Part shown: one piece after another, positions 11,001-16,127 of the stretch
Numbering within the stretch: position 1 is the stretch's first letter
How the letters are laid out: each line of letters opens with the position of its first letter
Origin: a virus
Lineage: Duplodnaviria > Caudoviricetes
Direction: 5' to 3' (one strand)
Length of the DNA: 25,309 nucleotides
IMG/VR virus record: IMGVR_UViG_3300020045_004787
Location: 1-25,309 of that record
Position numbers and translations under genes: made by a program
The notes under the pieces: model-generated
Told to the model about the DNA's origin: nothing
The model's input: the letters and a program-made list of their open reading frames with translations, nothing else
Database searches by the model: none

Positions 11001-11498
11001 CGCTAATGGCGCACCTGCTACGCCCATAGCTACTGTACTTGGGATTGATGGTAATACATTTGCTTCTAATGAGCGAAAGCCAAAATCAGGATTAACCGAT
11101 AATGCGCCATCATCCGCTTCATTAATCAACGGCTGTTTTTGTGCTTCCTGCATTTGTGGCGTTAAATGACTTTGCAGTCTAGCCTCTTGAGGCAAACTAG
11201 ATTCCTGAATAGTTCTGCCAAGCTGCGGGGCTATGCCTGATTTTTCTAAGCCATAGCCAACAACGCCACCTACACCCTCAACGCCCTGCAACAACAATCT
11301 TCCAGTATCGCCTAGGTTTTCACTTAGTGTAGGCTGTGCTAATTGTGGTGCGACAGGTTTTGCTTCTGGTATTTTGTAGTCAGCAATCCAGTCTGGCAAT
11401 CCGTTATCAATAGCGTGCTGCTGTGCGTCACTAACAGACGTGTCATTTTTTAAGTAATCATCAACCCATGAATAAGGCTTAGCATTATTAGTTACCAT
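2010..11498 (-). CDS. Large polyvalent virion/ejected protein (3162 aa): Gly/Ala-rich N-terminus, metallopeptidase-like domain, three ART-PolyVal-like modules, LPD38-like C-terminus
   Basis: HEIASH at 7698..7715. YYHGS (6372..6386), VYHGT (5622..5636) and FYHGS (5151..5165) sit in ART-PolyVal-type context (PEFKAWFGD...GEPLVVYHGT...PNQIKSATGN). The C-terminus has NFTKKG...FANANIQG, IPLPYG and DISPE. Last gene of the virion module. Confidence 0.9.
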   Translation of the reverse strand: MVTNNAKPYSWVDDYLKNDTSVSDAQQHAIDNGLPDWIADYKIPEAKPVAPQLAQPTLSENLGDTGRLLLQGVEGVGGVVGYGLEKSGIAPQLGRTIQESSLPQEARLQSHLTPQMQEAQKQPLINEADDGALSVNPDFGFRSLEANVLPSIPSTVAMGVAGAPLAALGTSAATAAGVGKALAPVIGSGLGFGASEGVFSGAQNAEQWGHEQRAKPVEVFKQHPAWNKALADNGNDPEAAKEALINKGQSDIFKDTAIKTGGLSAVTGGGVLGVLNRSVAKPVIGEVADGFLKSTVKGIASEAGQEAPQSYFEQKTTNQATKDYVDPNQDVNEGALNAGVVGGISGGVMGAFGGAGALLPQKPAGTTTATESESAPTINPIVEQAQAEADTAVQEHQSQQAQGNTLGSAAAAANAKVAQDRADTIKADSVSGGSGVGGGTGGTAQDVQPSPVNLDTVSTLQPIVGNAQQVTNTDSQAIDSPKQSQADNQRATDEKFNTDVSAKVAEIDAKRDDNVANTNTINQTTKRGGFKPRPESVQQAAVTLAEIDRAIETKTLIPKHADDLLRIAPTVGVETANKPIHEIQSEVESIVNANISTEPTQAPTVTQDEPTKASKVRTGQNKTDSAQQSAEVPSVSSSDAKVSTQTAAVKPSGKTPKGNKDAFVKEWVNTENRKAGKKPRTATEQQRDTTEFTRKAQDEYDNRIVTALNNGEKLSTKTEIPDHGLTIEEFSAPLQPSNESREAHNEAIAEAKERGLVIRNKTSLTNDTPTDTAQPATQGTDTNSPAVGITSAQEEKSGVVGGEMATGQVVLTSTGRKTTPYPKFNLYEHKENADRTAIFGRDVAKTNNWLIENAILEAESRGDDLTKRIFQADYDRYNDKKNKNRKYGYPAATKDHADEYLFGEVMPQRKSILKPLSQPTQATNDQSQNATTQETDTQAVTPSTTGGNNGEKTTTKNEVLNKAGEAKSEPATQFNPTHTVNDDGDSVPVAKNENGVWESKDKTEYEGYDAEPIESKVASQAKPETYHPAISSLANELVVGGGVSYTYDENGKINGRTPSTNPDWFKDGAFVALNKNTGNKYSGNISVKEIQTAVSAYEDGGNLTDKQRAILRGLSSVAEELEDAEDNNHPESYAYEDTLLDNNIQRYDRGDEKARAEAVNKFSDLHFSKANQSTNAHTLTSFTQSFTAQLDKQFGRGWTKLLMATGKVKVISSEEAIAMGVMEKAQAFYATSANSKGLSADTTYFIADNIDKNKDLLGLALHEIASHQLNLGKDDKAFQDILGELARMRKSSKLVQDAYVRALESFGLSSLPIADSMVESVNRNAYSRGDILAAKSTIKKLFDQLKVINGSSVSRGMKPSANQSSFDSSSTAIKFLSDTLKGHSSISKAFNSGSVDKGMMLDAMSRIAQDNKIINSIIEFIPVDVMDMLVSRQFTPDMLRHDMSMGVDLNTVDRNNPIASTINSADSVFMAIVHGARLRAKYNATSSFNSGRSGVNNDTAPSTRNINTSSNVGVSKADRAGITTEFTRSGNNSPALDTMVGTHNVIPNNDVELDNALSEIGVLLPSIVSLDDVNNEVISYLLEYHPKLSFSQKFLNWFRNKLRAIGKALPPVQRTEWFRRVTAISDSDLVGMAVSALRFAPNDLLFDSVGRSGDAIKLAKQQGYEGSSTGEAEEWLRAVAKGLDMSQEARMARAKDMGFDVDTDYYHGSHNFGSVIDMSNYGNGEGGQGFGYGFHVTKTKDTAKDYWHDLGDKKKKIYNLYLKNDVYLDWHLPLSKQSKDVINVLKEANISISSGVTGEELYYDIASLMGGEFDGDLEASYFLDSIGIQGIQYTDRIAVNMTGEDIDEDDIDNYARENGHINRTVFNPNNIRSPDAAFDPDFADSPNLLASKKDTVTSPLLAPNGLPSKLNAMQHAQVRTPEFKAWFGDFDKAYQTGDYSGVSRVIDENGEPLVVYHGTGADFSEFKKSEKDGFLGVGIYLSRDKLKASGYAEIKENGNVMPVFIRSLNPLIEKNLSVFEDKHWIDDVGFPEMGVDNNYDSYVIGDMSAHEFKEIVIANPNQIKSATGNTGAFSQDNNDIRFSKAPKIWSRAFFDWWNGSKFSGKDGQPVKFYHGSNSTFNEFSHAKIGTGTPNHSTSGLGFFFSPQRETATHYGSDVREFYLSAQKVKGMTVDQLPQFDSIEEAKAYADKLKKQGFDAIYLTDAKYAIVFESNQAKLTSNDEPTQSPDIRYSMASDATVGDNYTLPAETKLQHQQRLWQDENNRWTVLQNVIKKAGGFINDANDVYTAMELMPHKAADRVAKYHQAVTKPIFKRMTAIAATKDDVALLLYARHAKERNAEMAKINPRFATDGGSGMTDAQADFAVTQLQEDYGSKFAELERIAKDLQGITNSTLDILESTGVYTPEQAQAMRDTYANYVPLKGFEVLDEAGNKTNGTGLGFSTARSFGKRALGRSSKAGQIFENILRDHERAIVWSEKTKVAETLGNLVDDNPDDKIYTKGVAQTKPALVKGKRQFFLFYNGSFVGKADNAKDMRTFRDAEIARTGQDRKDYRINIIKSDDKVGLTPAPFDAEKEVRYIKDGKEVRIQIKDPLLLQSFNKLDRDVNNGVFAAAQTFNSFLRQAWTAKNPAFFLINPIRDVQTAGIVLTGEGGVSLAASAMKNWGSSWRTMMAHAREKPASSPEEQAMLERYLAAGGSVSTAYIGSLEKISDDIHRELQRNGGESVSSLVASGNYKEAMKSAAFRALNNKLFDAIEHLNAAFEGATRLATFKAAINAGYSDTQAAKLSSNVTVNFTKKGEYGSQLGSMFLFANANIQGNSNVFKTLTQSKHKKQAQALVGGLVALGFMAAMSAGDDGDDDLISDNEKERNISIDLGDGHRATIPLPYGFSFFRDIGRALAQVANGGDIEKISKKLASTFLGNFSPIGNPIPQGDLSSDNAIVAFAPTFAKPFIMPAVNKGSFGTPLMPDSPFKKSQPDSEKVYRKTRGGWQDIAAKGLNSLTGGDEAKSGWIDISPETIKNTVNYIAGGAGRFVTDSFDDATMAVNGEDVSKEKLPIAKSFFKATTVDDYRRRFYAQYDEVSQAHEQLKVYQSAKNQDGVKELRADSGDLLRLNKMADMTKKQLNAIRTREDKARSIGNKAMIDSLEKQEIVVLERFNKRFG
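6792..6869 (+). promoter_or_regulatory. Putative extended -10 promoter and RBS of the nested HNH gene
   Basis: TGaTACAAT at 6792..6800; AGGA about 8 nt before ATG 6870. Confidence 0.5.
6870..7592 (+). CDS. HNH endonuclease (two CxxC...CSxxC zinc fingers, HNH, two HTH-like repeats), nested antisense within the giant gene
   Basis: CIKC..FCSNSC and CGWC..FCSKPC; YAHRHIM...HIHHVNGDKLDNRIDNL...H; GMSFKSIGKELNCS and GLSRKDVAARIGVS. Confidence 0.9.
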   Translation: MCTNHCIKCGAIIPASRKFCSNSCSISFRNSNIRTGVDVPCGWCGVVIYARPSRIKRAGGVVFCSKPCTMHYRHKDTIGTVNGAGYRIITVNGIQVYAHRHIMSQHIGRKLTTHEHIHHVNGDKLDNRIDNLVILSNSAHSIEHHTFIDTARVKSLRDTGMSFKSIGKELNCSAAGVKTALVRAGLHTPAYRRTVYDFELIEQLFNSGLSRKDVAARIGVSVDALDHAISYRKTGKTKRL

Positions 11499-13531
11499 TA
11501 TCTCTGTCCTACTGCTAGTTTGTTAAGTGCGTCTATTGCTTGCTGTCTTCTTGTCGGGTCTTTTTCGTTTTCAGCTGCGTACTGTAATTTTTTCATATTT
11601 TCATTGGCTGCCGCTTGGCTACGCTCCTGCATTACCTGTCTAGGCGACTTGTAAATAACGCTTCCATCATCATTTTCGCCAACCTTTACTGGAGTATCTA
11701 GCTTTACATCGCGGTCTTTATCTTTGTTAAGTTGTTCTAGCTGTGCTTTAGACGATTCTGATTGTGCGTTTTGCTGTGCCGACTCCGCAGCTTTCTGGTC
11801 TTTAAGCTTGCCATAATTAGCCGTATCAGACTGTAATAACTGATTCCACGCTTCTTCACTCTGCTTCTGTTTTTCAGTCCGCTGGTACTGACTTTCATCT
11901 TGCGCTTGATTATTATTCGCCTGAGCCGCAGAACGGTCTTGCGTGTCTTTACCTAAAATAGTGTCCATACTCTTTTGGGCATACTTTGTTGCAAGAGCAT
12001 CGCTCATATTGCCAGTGCCTCTATTCATAGTAGCAAGGTTACGCGACACCTGTTCATTCAATGCCGCCTGATTTTCTGGGCTAAGAATACCCTGTATCTG
12101 TGGTGCAACAAAACCGCGTTGCTTTGGCTGTGGGGCTGTGGGAGTTAATAGCTGTGGGGCTGGTTGCTGTACAAGCCTTCCATTATTGATAGATGGTGGC
12201 GGTGGTGTTTCAGTTTGCGCCTGTTTGTCTCTAGCTTGCATCGCTTCTTCCATTGTCGGTGCAAGAGCTTGACCGCCTTCGCCGCCCATGCCAACACTAC
12301 CGCCTTGTCCTGACCCTCCCCCAGTATTTACCTGTGGTAGAGGTATTCCAGTTCTCCCTGCCGCTTCCAGTTGTGCTTGAGTGGCAAATTTACCTGCACC
12401 CGCATTAGGCGTATCATTTGCCATTTGTCTTTGAGAAAGATCTCGACTATCAGCTTCCGCACTCGAAACCTTAGTGTCGTACTTAGGTCTTGACTGGTTT
12501 CCAGCTAATAGATTATTAACAGGTGGTTGCACGGATACAGTTGGAATGCTGGGTTGCGCCGAACCATCAACAGGCAATCCTTGTTGCATACGCAATTGTA
12601 TTTCTGGGGTAATTATCGATGGTTCTTGATGGGCTTTGTATTGCGCTTCGGTTTGAACTTGGGCAACTCCTTCTTGGATTGCACGGCGGGACTGAGGTGT
12701 AGAGTTGTTTGCACTCAATAACGGCACGGGCGCGTCCACTGCTGTCATCGGTCTATCGCTGTACGATATGTTGCCGTTTTTTTGAACCTGTTTATTAAAA
12801 CCCGCTGGCATAGTTTCATAATCCAACTTACTTGGGTTGTTTATTTTTGCAGTTGGGAGTAATGACGGGGCTGTACTTCCCGATGTCTGTTGCTCTCCAG
12901 TTGCTACATTTGACCGCACACCGCCTGTAGGGGTAAATTCTGGAACATTAGCTACAGGATTGGGAATTCCACGCACCATATTAGCCACTTCGTCATTGGT
13001 TGCTACTGGTTTAGGTACACTTGCTTGGTTTGTTGGTGGTAAAACTGAAGGTGCAGGTGCTGTAGATAATGCCTTGCTAATTAATGCTGGGGAACTATTA
13101 TCAATTACAGCTCCTATTGTGTCGCCAACCCCCTCTCTTACTTTATTCGTTACATCTTGTCCCATTAATGACAATGGGTTTAAGTTTGTTTTGGCTAAAG
13201 GCTCAATGATGTTTCTTGAAGCCGCATCAACAATTTTATTGCCTGCATTATCATGACCACCATAATACCAGTCTTTTATCCCACTTGCGCCAGCTGCCGC
13301 ATGAAGCACCCCATCAACTACCTTTGTCTCTGCACCTTTAGGAGCATAAATAGCATTAAATTCATTAATACTCATACCCATGAGTTTTGCGAACGCTTCC
13401 GCCGCCCCTGCATTGAGAATAGCCTCCTTATTTGCTACCAGTGCGGGGTATTTATCTTTGGTCACAGAACCGCTACCGTCAATAGTGCCTGTGAGTGAGG
13501 TTGCCAATTGTGGTGCGCGTTGAGTCTTCAT
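11498..13531 (-). CDS. Probable internal virion/DNA ejection protein (677 aa)
   Basis: Q/P/A-rich low complexity with a coiled-coil-like C-terminus. N-terminal GSGSVTKDKYPALVANKEAILNA resembles the GxGT..D.IPA.LS.GE.V motif of phage ejection/tape proteins. Stop overlaps the giant gene start (TAATG). Confidence 0.7.
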   Translation of the reverse strand: MKTQRAPQLATSLTGTIDGSGSVTKDKYPALVANKEAILNAGAAEAFAKLMGMSINEFNAIYAPKGAETKVVDGVLHAAAGASGIKDWYYGGHDNAGNKIVDAASRNIIEPLAKTNLNPLSLMGQDVTNKVREGVGDTIGAVIDNSSPALISKALSTAPAPSVLPPTNQASVPKPVATNDEVANMVRGIPNPVANVPEFTPTGGVRSNVATGEQQTSGSTAPSLLPTAKINNPSKLDYETMPAGFNKQVQKNGNISYSDRPMTAVDAPVPLLSANNSTPQSRRAIQEGVAQVQTEAQYKAHQEPSIITPEIQLRMQQGLPVDGSAQPSIPTVSVQPPVNNLLAGNQSRPKYDTKVSSAEADSRDLSQRQMANDTPNAGAGKFATQAQLEAAGRTGIPLPQVNTGGGSGQGGSVGMGGEGGQALAPTMEEAMQARDKQAQTETPPPPSINNGRLVQQPAPQLLTPTAPQPKQRGFVAPQIQGILSPENQAALNEQVSRNLATMNRGTGNMSDALATKYAQKSMDTILGKDTQDRSAAQANNNQAQDESQYQRTEKQKQSEEAWNQLLQSDTANYGKLKDQKAAESAQQNAQSESSKAQLEQLNKDKDRDVKLDTPVKVGENDDGSVIYKSPRQVMQERSQAAANENMKKLQYAAENEKDPTRRQQAIDALNKLAVGQR

Positions 13532-13594
13532 TGCTAAATTTCCAGTGTTTTATTTATCTGTGATTTTAGCATTATTTGTGATATGACGGACAAT

Positions 13595-13626
13595 AAAAAA
13601 CCCGCTTTCGTGAGATCACGGGTTTT
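13595..13626 (-). terminator. Intrinsic terminator of the tRNA cassette (possibly bidirectional)
   Basis: Minus strand AAAACCCG-tgatctcacgaaag-CGGGTTTTTT. Confidence 0.75.
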
Positions 13627-13677
13627 AAATGTCTGATTCGCTCGTACTTCAACTTTTGGTCAGTGTTGAGTTCTGTT

Positions 13678-13749
13678 TTACATTGACAGGGTTTTTAAGT
13701 ACCTGCGACTGCGTGTTTCCACGCTATTCACGTTTGAACTACAATGTAA
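13678..13749 (-). ncRNA. tRNA-like cloverleaf with the anticodon loop replaced by a GAAA tetraloop
   Basis: TTACATTG/CAATGTAA acceptor stem; TA-GTTCA-AACG-TGAAT D arm; GCGTG-GAAA-CACGC; AGTC; GCAGG-(11-nt loop)-CCTGT T arm. Confidence 0.6.
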
Positions 13750-13765
13750 TTGGTTTTTATGTAGT

Positions 13766-13829
13766 CTTCCCTACTGCCATTATCGGTTGTCTTTCAGTGC
13801 AACGCTCTATTCAATTGAGCTATGAGGAT
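13766..13829 (-). pseudogene. Degenerate tRNA-like element (Phe/GAA-like), T arm missing
   Basis: Canonical D arm TAGCTCAATTGAATAGAGC, then GTTG-cactGAAaga-CAAC. No TTCRA arm. Confidence 0.5.
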
Positions 13830-13844
13830 AAAAAATTAAAAACA

Positions 13845-13914
13845 CTGTGCAGCAGAATTCGAGCCTACAACTTTGGTTATGAAGCAACGTTCATCCGATT
13901 TGAGCTATGCACAG
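13845..13914 (-). pseudogene. Degenerate tRNA-like element with CAT anticodon
   Basis: CTGTGCA/TGCACAG acceptor stem; TAGCTCAAATCGGATGAAC; loop TTCATAA in a weak stem; GTAGG-CTCGAAT-TCTGC T arm; no encoded CCA. Confidence 0.6.
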
Positions 13915-13963
13915 TTTACTGCACCAACACACTCTAATCCGCAGTCTATCCCGCTGTCAACAC

Positions 13964-14042
13964 TGGTGCGCCCTCTTGGGAGTCGAACCCTAGAGTCAGC
14001 CGATTATGAGTCGGTTGCTTTCACCACTTAAGCTAAGGGCGC
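13964..14042 (-). tRNA. tRNA with CAT anticodon, most likely tRNA-Ile2 (alternatively Met)
   Basis: GCGCCCT TAGCTTAAGTGGTGAAAGC A ACCGA CTCATAA TCGGC TGACT CTAGGG TTCGACT CCCAAG AGGGCGC ACCA. CCA is encoded, and the CCCTTAGCT / GACTCATAATCG context resembles bacterial Ile2 tRNAs. Confidence 0.9.
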
Positions 14043-14050
14043 GTAATAAA

Positions 14051-14079
14051 ATTATACTTCACTGTTAATAAATTTCCAA
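14051..14079 (-). promoter_or_regulatory. Sigma70-type promoter of the tRNA cassette
   Basis: TTGGAA (14074..14079), 17 nt spacer, TATAAT (14051..14056), 8 nt before the tRNA. Confidence 0.7.
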
Positions 14080-14199
14080 ACTTTTAAAGTCTCTTGCTGT
14101 CAATAGCTCATCGCGCTGTTGCTTTGTTATCGCGCCCTGTACAAAAGCATTTTCAACCGCTTCGATGTAGCAGGGGTTTTCTCTAAGTCTTTCTTGCAT
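14065..14199 (-). CDS. Small hypothetical protein (44 aa)
   Basis: Hand-translated MQERLRENPCYIEAVENAFVQGAITKQQRDELLTARDFKSLEIY; AGGA upstream at short spacing; fills the gap between neighbours. Confidence 0.5.
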   Translation of the reverse strand: MQERLRENPCYIEAVENAFVQGAITKQQRDELLTARDFKSLEIY

Positions 14200-14216
14200 T
14201 GTTCCTGTTGTTCATG

Positions 14217-14492
14217 CTAATTCCAGCAATTCATCACACCATTAACAATCTGACACCATTGTCCAGTAGACGGCACATATTGAGGAACGGTATTAATTTG
14301 TTGCGGCTCTTGCTCTTGTTGATTAGACTGACTGCCGCCGTTGCACTGGGAATTGTACAAATCAGTTGCATAGTTACGCTCTTGTTTATCGGTAATGCCC
14401 TGTACTTGTGTGGCGAAAAAATCACAGTCTACCGCAGCGATAACTGGCATTGATAGCATTGTAAGTGTTGATATTAGAAATAACTTTTTCAT
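14217..14492 (-). CDS. Small secreted/periplasmic protein (91 aa) with signal peptide and 4 Cys
   Basis: MKKLFLISTLTMLSMPVIA-A is signal-peptide-like; start lies 1 nt after the upstream stop. Confidence 0.75.
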   Translation of the reverse strand: MKKLFLISTLTMLSMPVIAAVDCDFFATQVQGITDKQERNYATDLYNSQCNGGSQSNQQEQEPQQINTVPQYVPSTGQWCQIVNGVMNCWN

Positions 14493-14493
14493 T

Positions 14494-14664
14494 TTAAACG
14501 CCGAAATAATGATAGAGAAGATAGCCCACCGATCCAAACCATATTACAACTGGGAAAGTGTCGAATTTATAAAATTGTCCAAGTGGGTCTGTAAATATTA
14601 CATACCAACTAGCAGATAGAGATATTGTGTAGATTGTAGCGACAATCCAAGCTAAGTAAATCAT
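14494..14664 (-). CDS. Small two-TM membrane protein (56 aa)
   Basis: Not in the track. MIYLAWIVATIYTISLSASWYVIF...FPVVIWFGSVGYLLYHYFGV; AGGA RBS; TATAAT near 14753..14758 upstream. Confidence 0.65.
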   Translation of the reverse strand: MIYLAWIVATIYTISLSASWYVIFTDPLGQFYKFDTFPVVIWFGSVGYLLYHYFGV

Positions 14665-14765
14665 GTCAATTGTCCTAAGTTAAGTTAATAAAATAGGCTA
14701 ATAAGGTTCTGTGCTTTTGTTTGTGCCGACTAAGCCAACAGGCGACAATGCTATTATATGCTTTT

Positions 14766-14966
14766 TTATGCTATAGAATTATATTTTCCAGCACTAAAAA
14801 AATTACCATTGTGGCTTTTAACATATTTCCTACAGCAAGTGCATTGATACTGCTCATGCACTCCATCTGAGCTTTCCGAATATAGAAATCTTTTTAATTC
14901 CCCTTTGCAGTCTTCGGTTTCTTTGCAAGGTAAAGTTGATGGTGTTACTTCGAGTTGTGTTTGCAT
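14766..14966 (-). CDS. Small Cys-rich, zinc-ribbon-like protein (66 aa)
   Basis: MQTQLEV...CKETEDC...CTCC. Start moved to ATG 14966, downstream of the structured leader. Confidence 0.65.
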   Translation of the reverse strand: MQTQLEVTPSTLPCKETEDCKGELKRFLYSESSDGVHEQYQCTCCRKYVKSHNGNFFSAGKYNSIA

Positions 14967-15057
14967 TTTCTGTTCCAAAATAGGTTTCCAATAAAAGGAG
15001 TGGGCTGCAAGGGAAACAGCTTGCGGCGTTGCAACACCTGCCCACAATGTAATTATA
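14967..15057 (-). promoter_or_regulatory. TATAAT -10 plus structured leader RNA (copy 3)
   Basis: TATAAT at 15052..15057; outer stem GTGGGC/GCCCAC; hairpins GGTGT-TGCA-ACGCC and GCAAG-CTGTTTCC-CTTGC. Targets GGAAAC (14984..14989) and GGAACAG (14970..14976). Confidence 0.75.
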
Positions 15058-15065
15058 CATCCTTT

Positions 15066-16127
15066 TTAAGCAGAAATCGATTCGCCATAGCTCCAAGATT
15101 TACCCGTACTAAACGACTGACTAAGATTAATACCATTCATCCAGTTAGCCCCGACTTGACCATTCACGGCGGCAATGGATTTTATCTTCTCAATGCCAAG
15201 CTGTGCATTGCTTGTGTAATGCGCCTCAATCAGTTTGATTTTTTCCAGTGAAATGTTGGTCAACTGGACATTCATTTCATTAACCTGCCTGTACTGCTCC
15301 ATCCTGAACTTGGCTTCTTCGATAGTGACACCAGTTAGTGATGAATACGCTTGAATCTCGCTTGCATAGATGTCGATAAACCCCTTGTTAATATCAATAT
15401 AAAGCATTGCCGTGTCGATAACGGTTTTTTTCTGTGAGTCATACAGAATTAGTTCATTGCCTTCACTGGCTTGTTTCAAATCAAGCAATCTGGAATTGAG
15501 CGATAACAATTGATCCAATGCCTTTTGCTTAATAGCCAGCTCAACATCAATTTGTTTAATCATGATGTCACGCCTAATGCTGGAAAGCTTGCCTTTCTTC
15601 TCCAGTTCAAAACGCATAAATACAGCTTGGTCTTGACCGCTTGCTGCTTCAAACCCCATTGATAAATTACTGGATAAATAATTTTGATAGCCTGTACGCT
15701 GTAACTTTGTTTCGTCATCTATGGATTTCGCATAGATAGCGTCAAACATCACACCCATCACGCCGTAAGGATTGGCTAATAGCGATTCAATCTCAGAGAT
15801 TAGTCGATTAATGACACCAATAATCATATCCTTATCGGCAATTACCGTAGTCCATAAATAAGGTGCAGCTGGCATAGCTCCAATTGGCACATCTAACAAT
15901 AACGGTTTTGTTGGGATAGCTGGTAAAGCACCTAGTGCAATATCAGACGGGTTTATTAATGTAGTGGTAAGTCCTGAAAAATCGGGGAAAGGCGTTAATT
16001 CAGCCGTCATCCCGTTGACTGCATTTGTTGCCGCTGTTAGTGCTTTGACCGCCTCATCAAATAACCGATTAAGATATGAGTCGTTTACCGACGTAATGGA
16101 ATTTAAAAATTGATGCTGTGCTGACAT
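15066..16127 (-). CDS. Probable virion structural/ejection protein, helical C-terminal half (353 aa)
   Basis: Long ORF translationally coupled to the upstream gene within the virion module; no catalytic motif recognised. Confidence 0.6.
   Translation of the reverse strand: MSAQHQFLNSITSVNDSYLNRLFDEAVKALTAATNAVNGMTAELTPFPDFSGLTTTLINPSDIALGALPAIPTKPLLLDVPIGAMPAAPYLWTTVIADKDMIIGVINRLISEIESLLANPYGVMGVMFDAIYAKSIDDETKLQRTGYQNYLSSNLSMGFEAASGQDQAVFMRFELEKKGKLSSIRRDIMIKQIDVELAIKQKALDQLLSLNSRLLDLKQASEGNELILYDSQKKTVIDTAMLYIDINKGFIDIYASEIQAYSSLTGVTIEEAKFRMEQYRQVNEMNVQLTNISLEKIKLIEAHYTSNAQLGIEKIKSIAAVNGQVGANWMNGINLSQSFSTGKSWSYGESISA

Noticed and set aside
8418-13498. Other plus-strand ORFs antisense to the two large genes (e.g. 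9025..9699, 9444..10049, 10795..11169, 12837..13256)
   Set aside because: No domain motifs or start signals; typical shadow ORFs, unlike the HNH gene.
13629-13937. 102-aa plus-strand ORF
   Set aside because: It lies antisense to the tRNA-like array and has no protein motif.
14665-14758. Fourth copy of the leader RNA
   Set aside because: It has TATAAT, one hairpin and TTATTA repeats, but no clear outer stem or loop-target complementarity.
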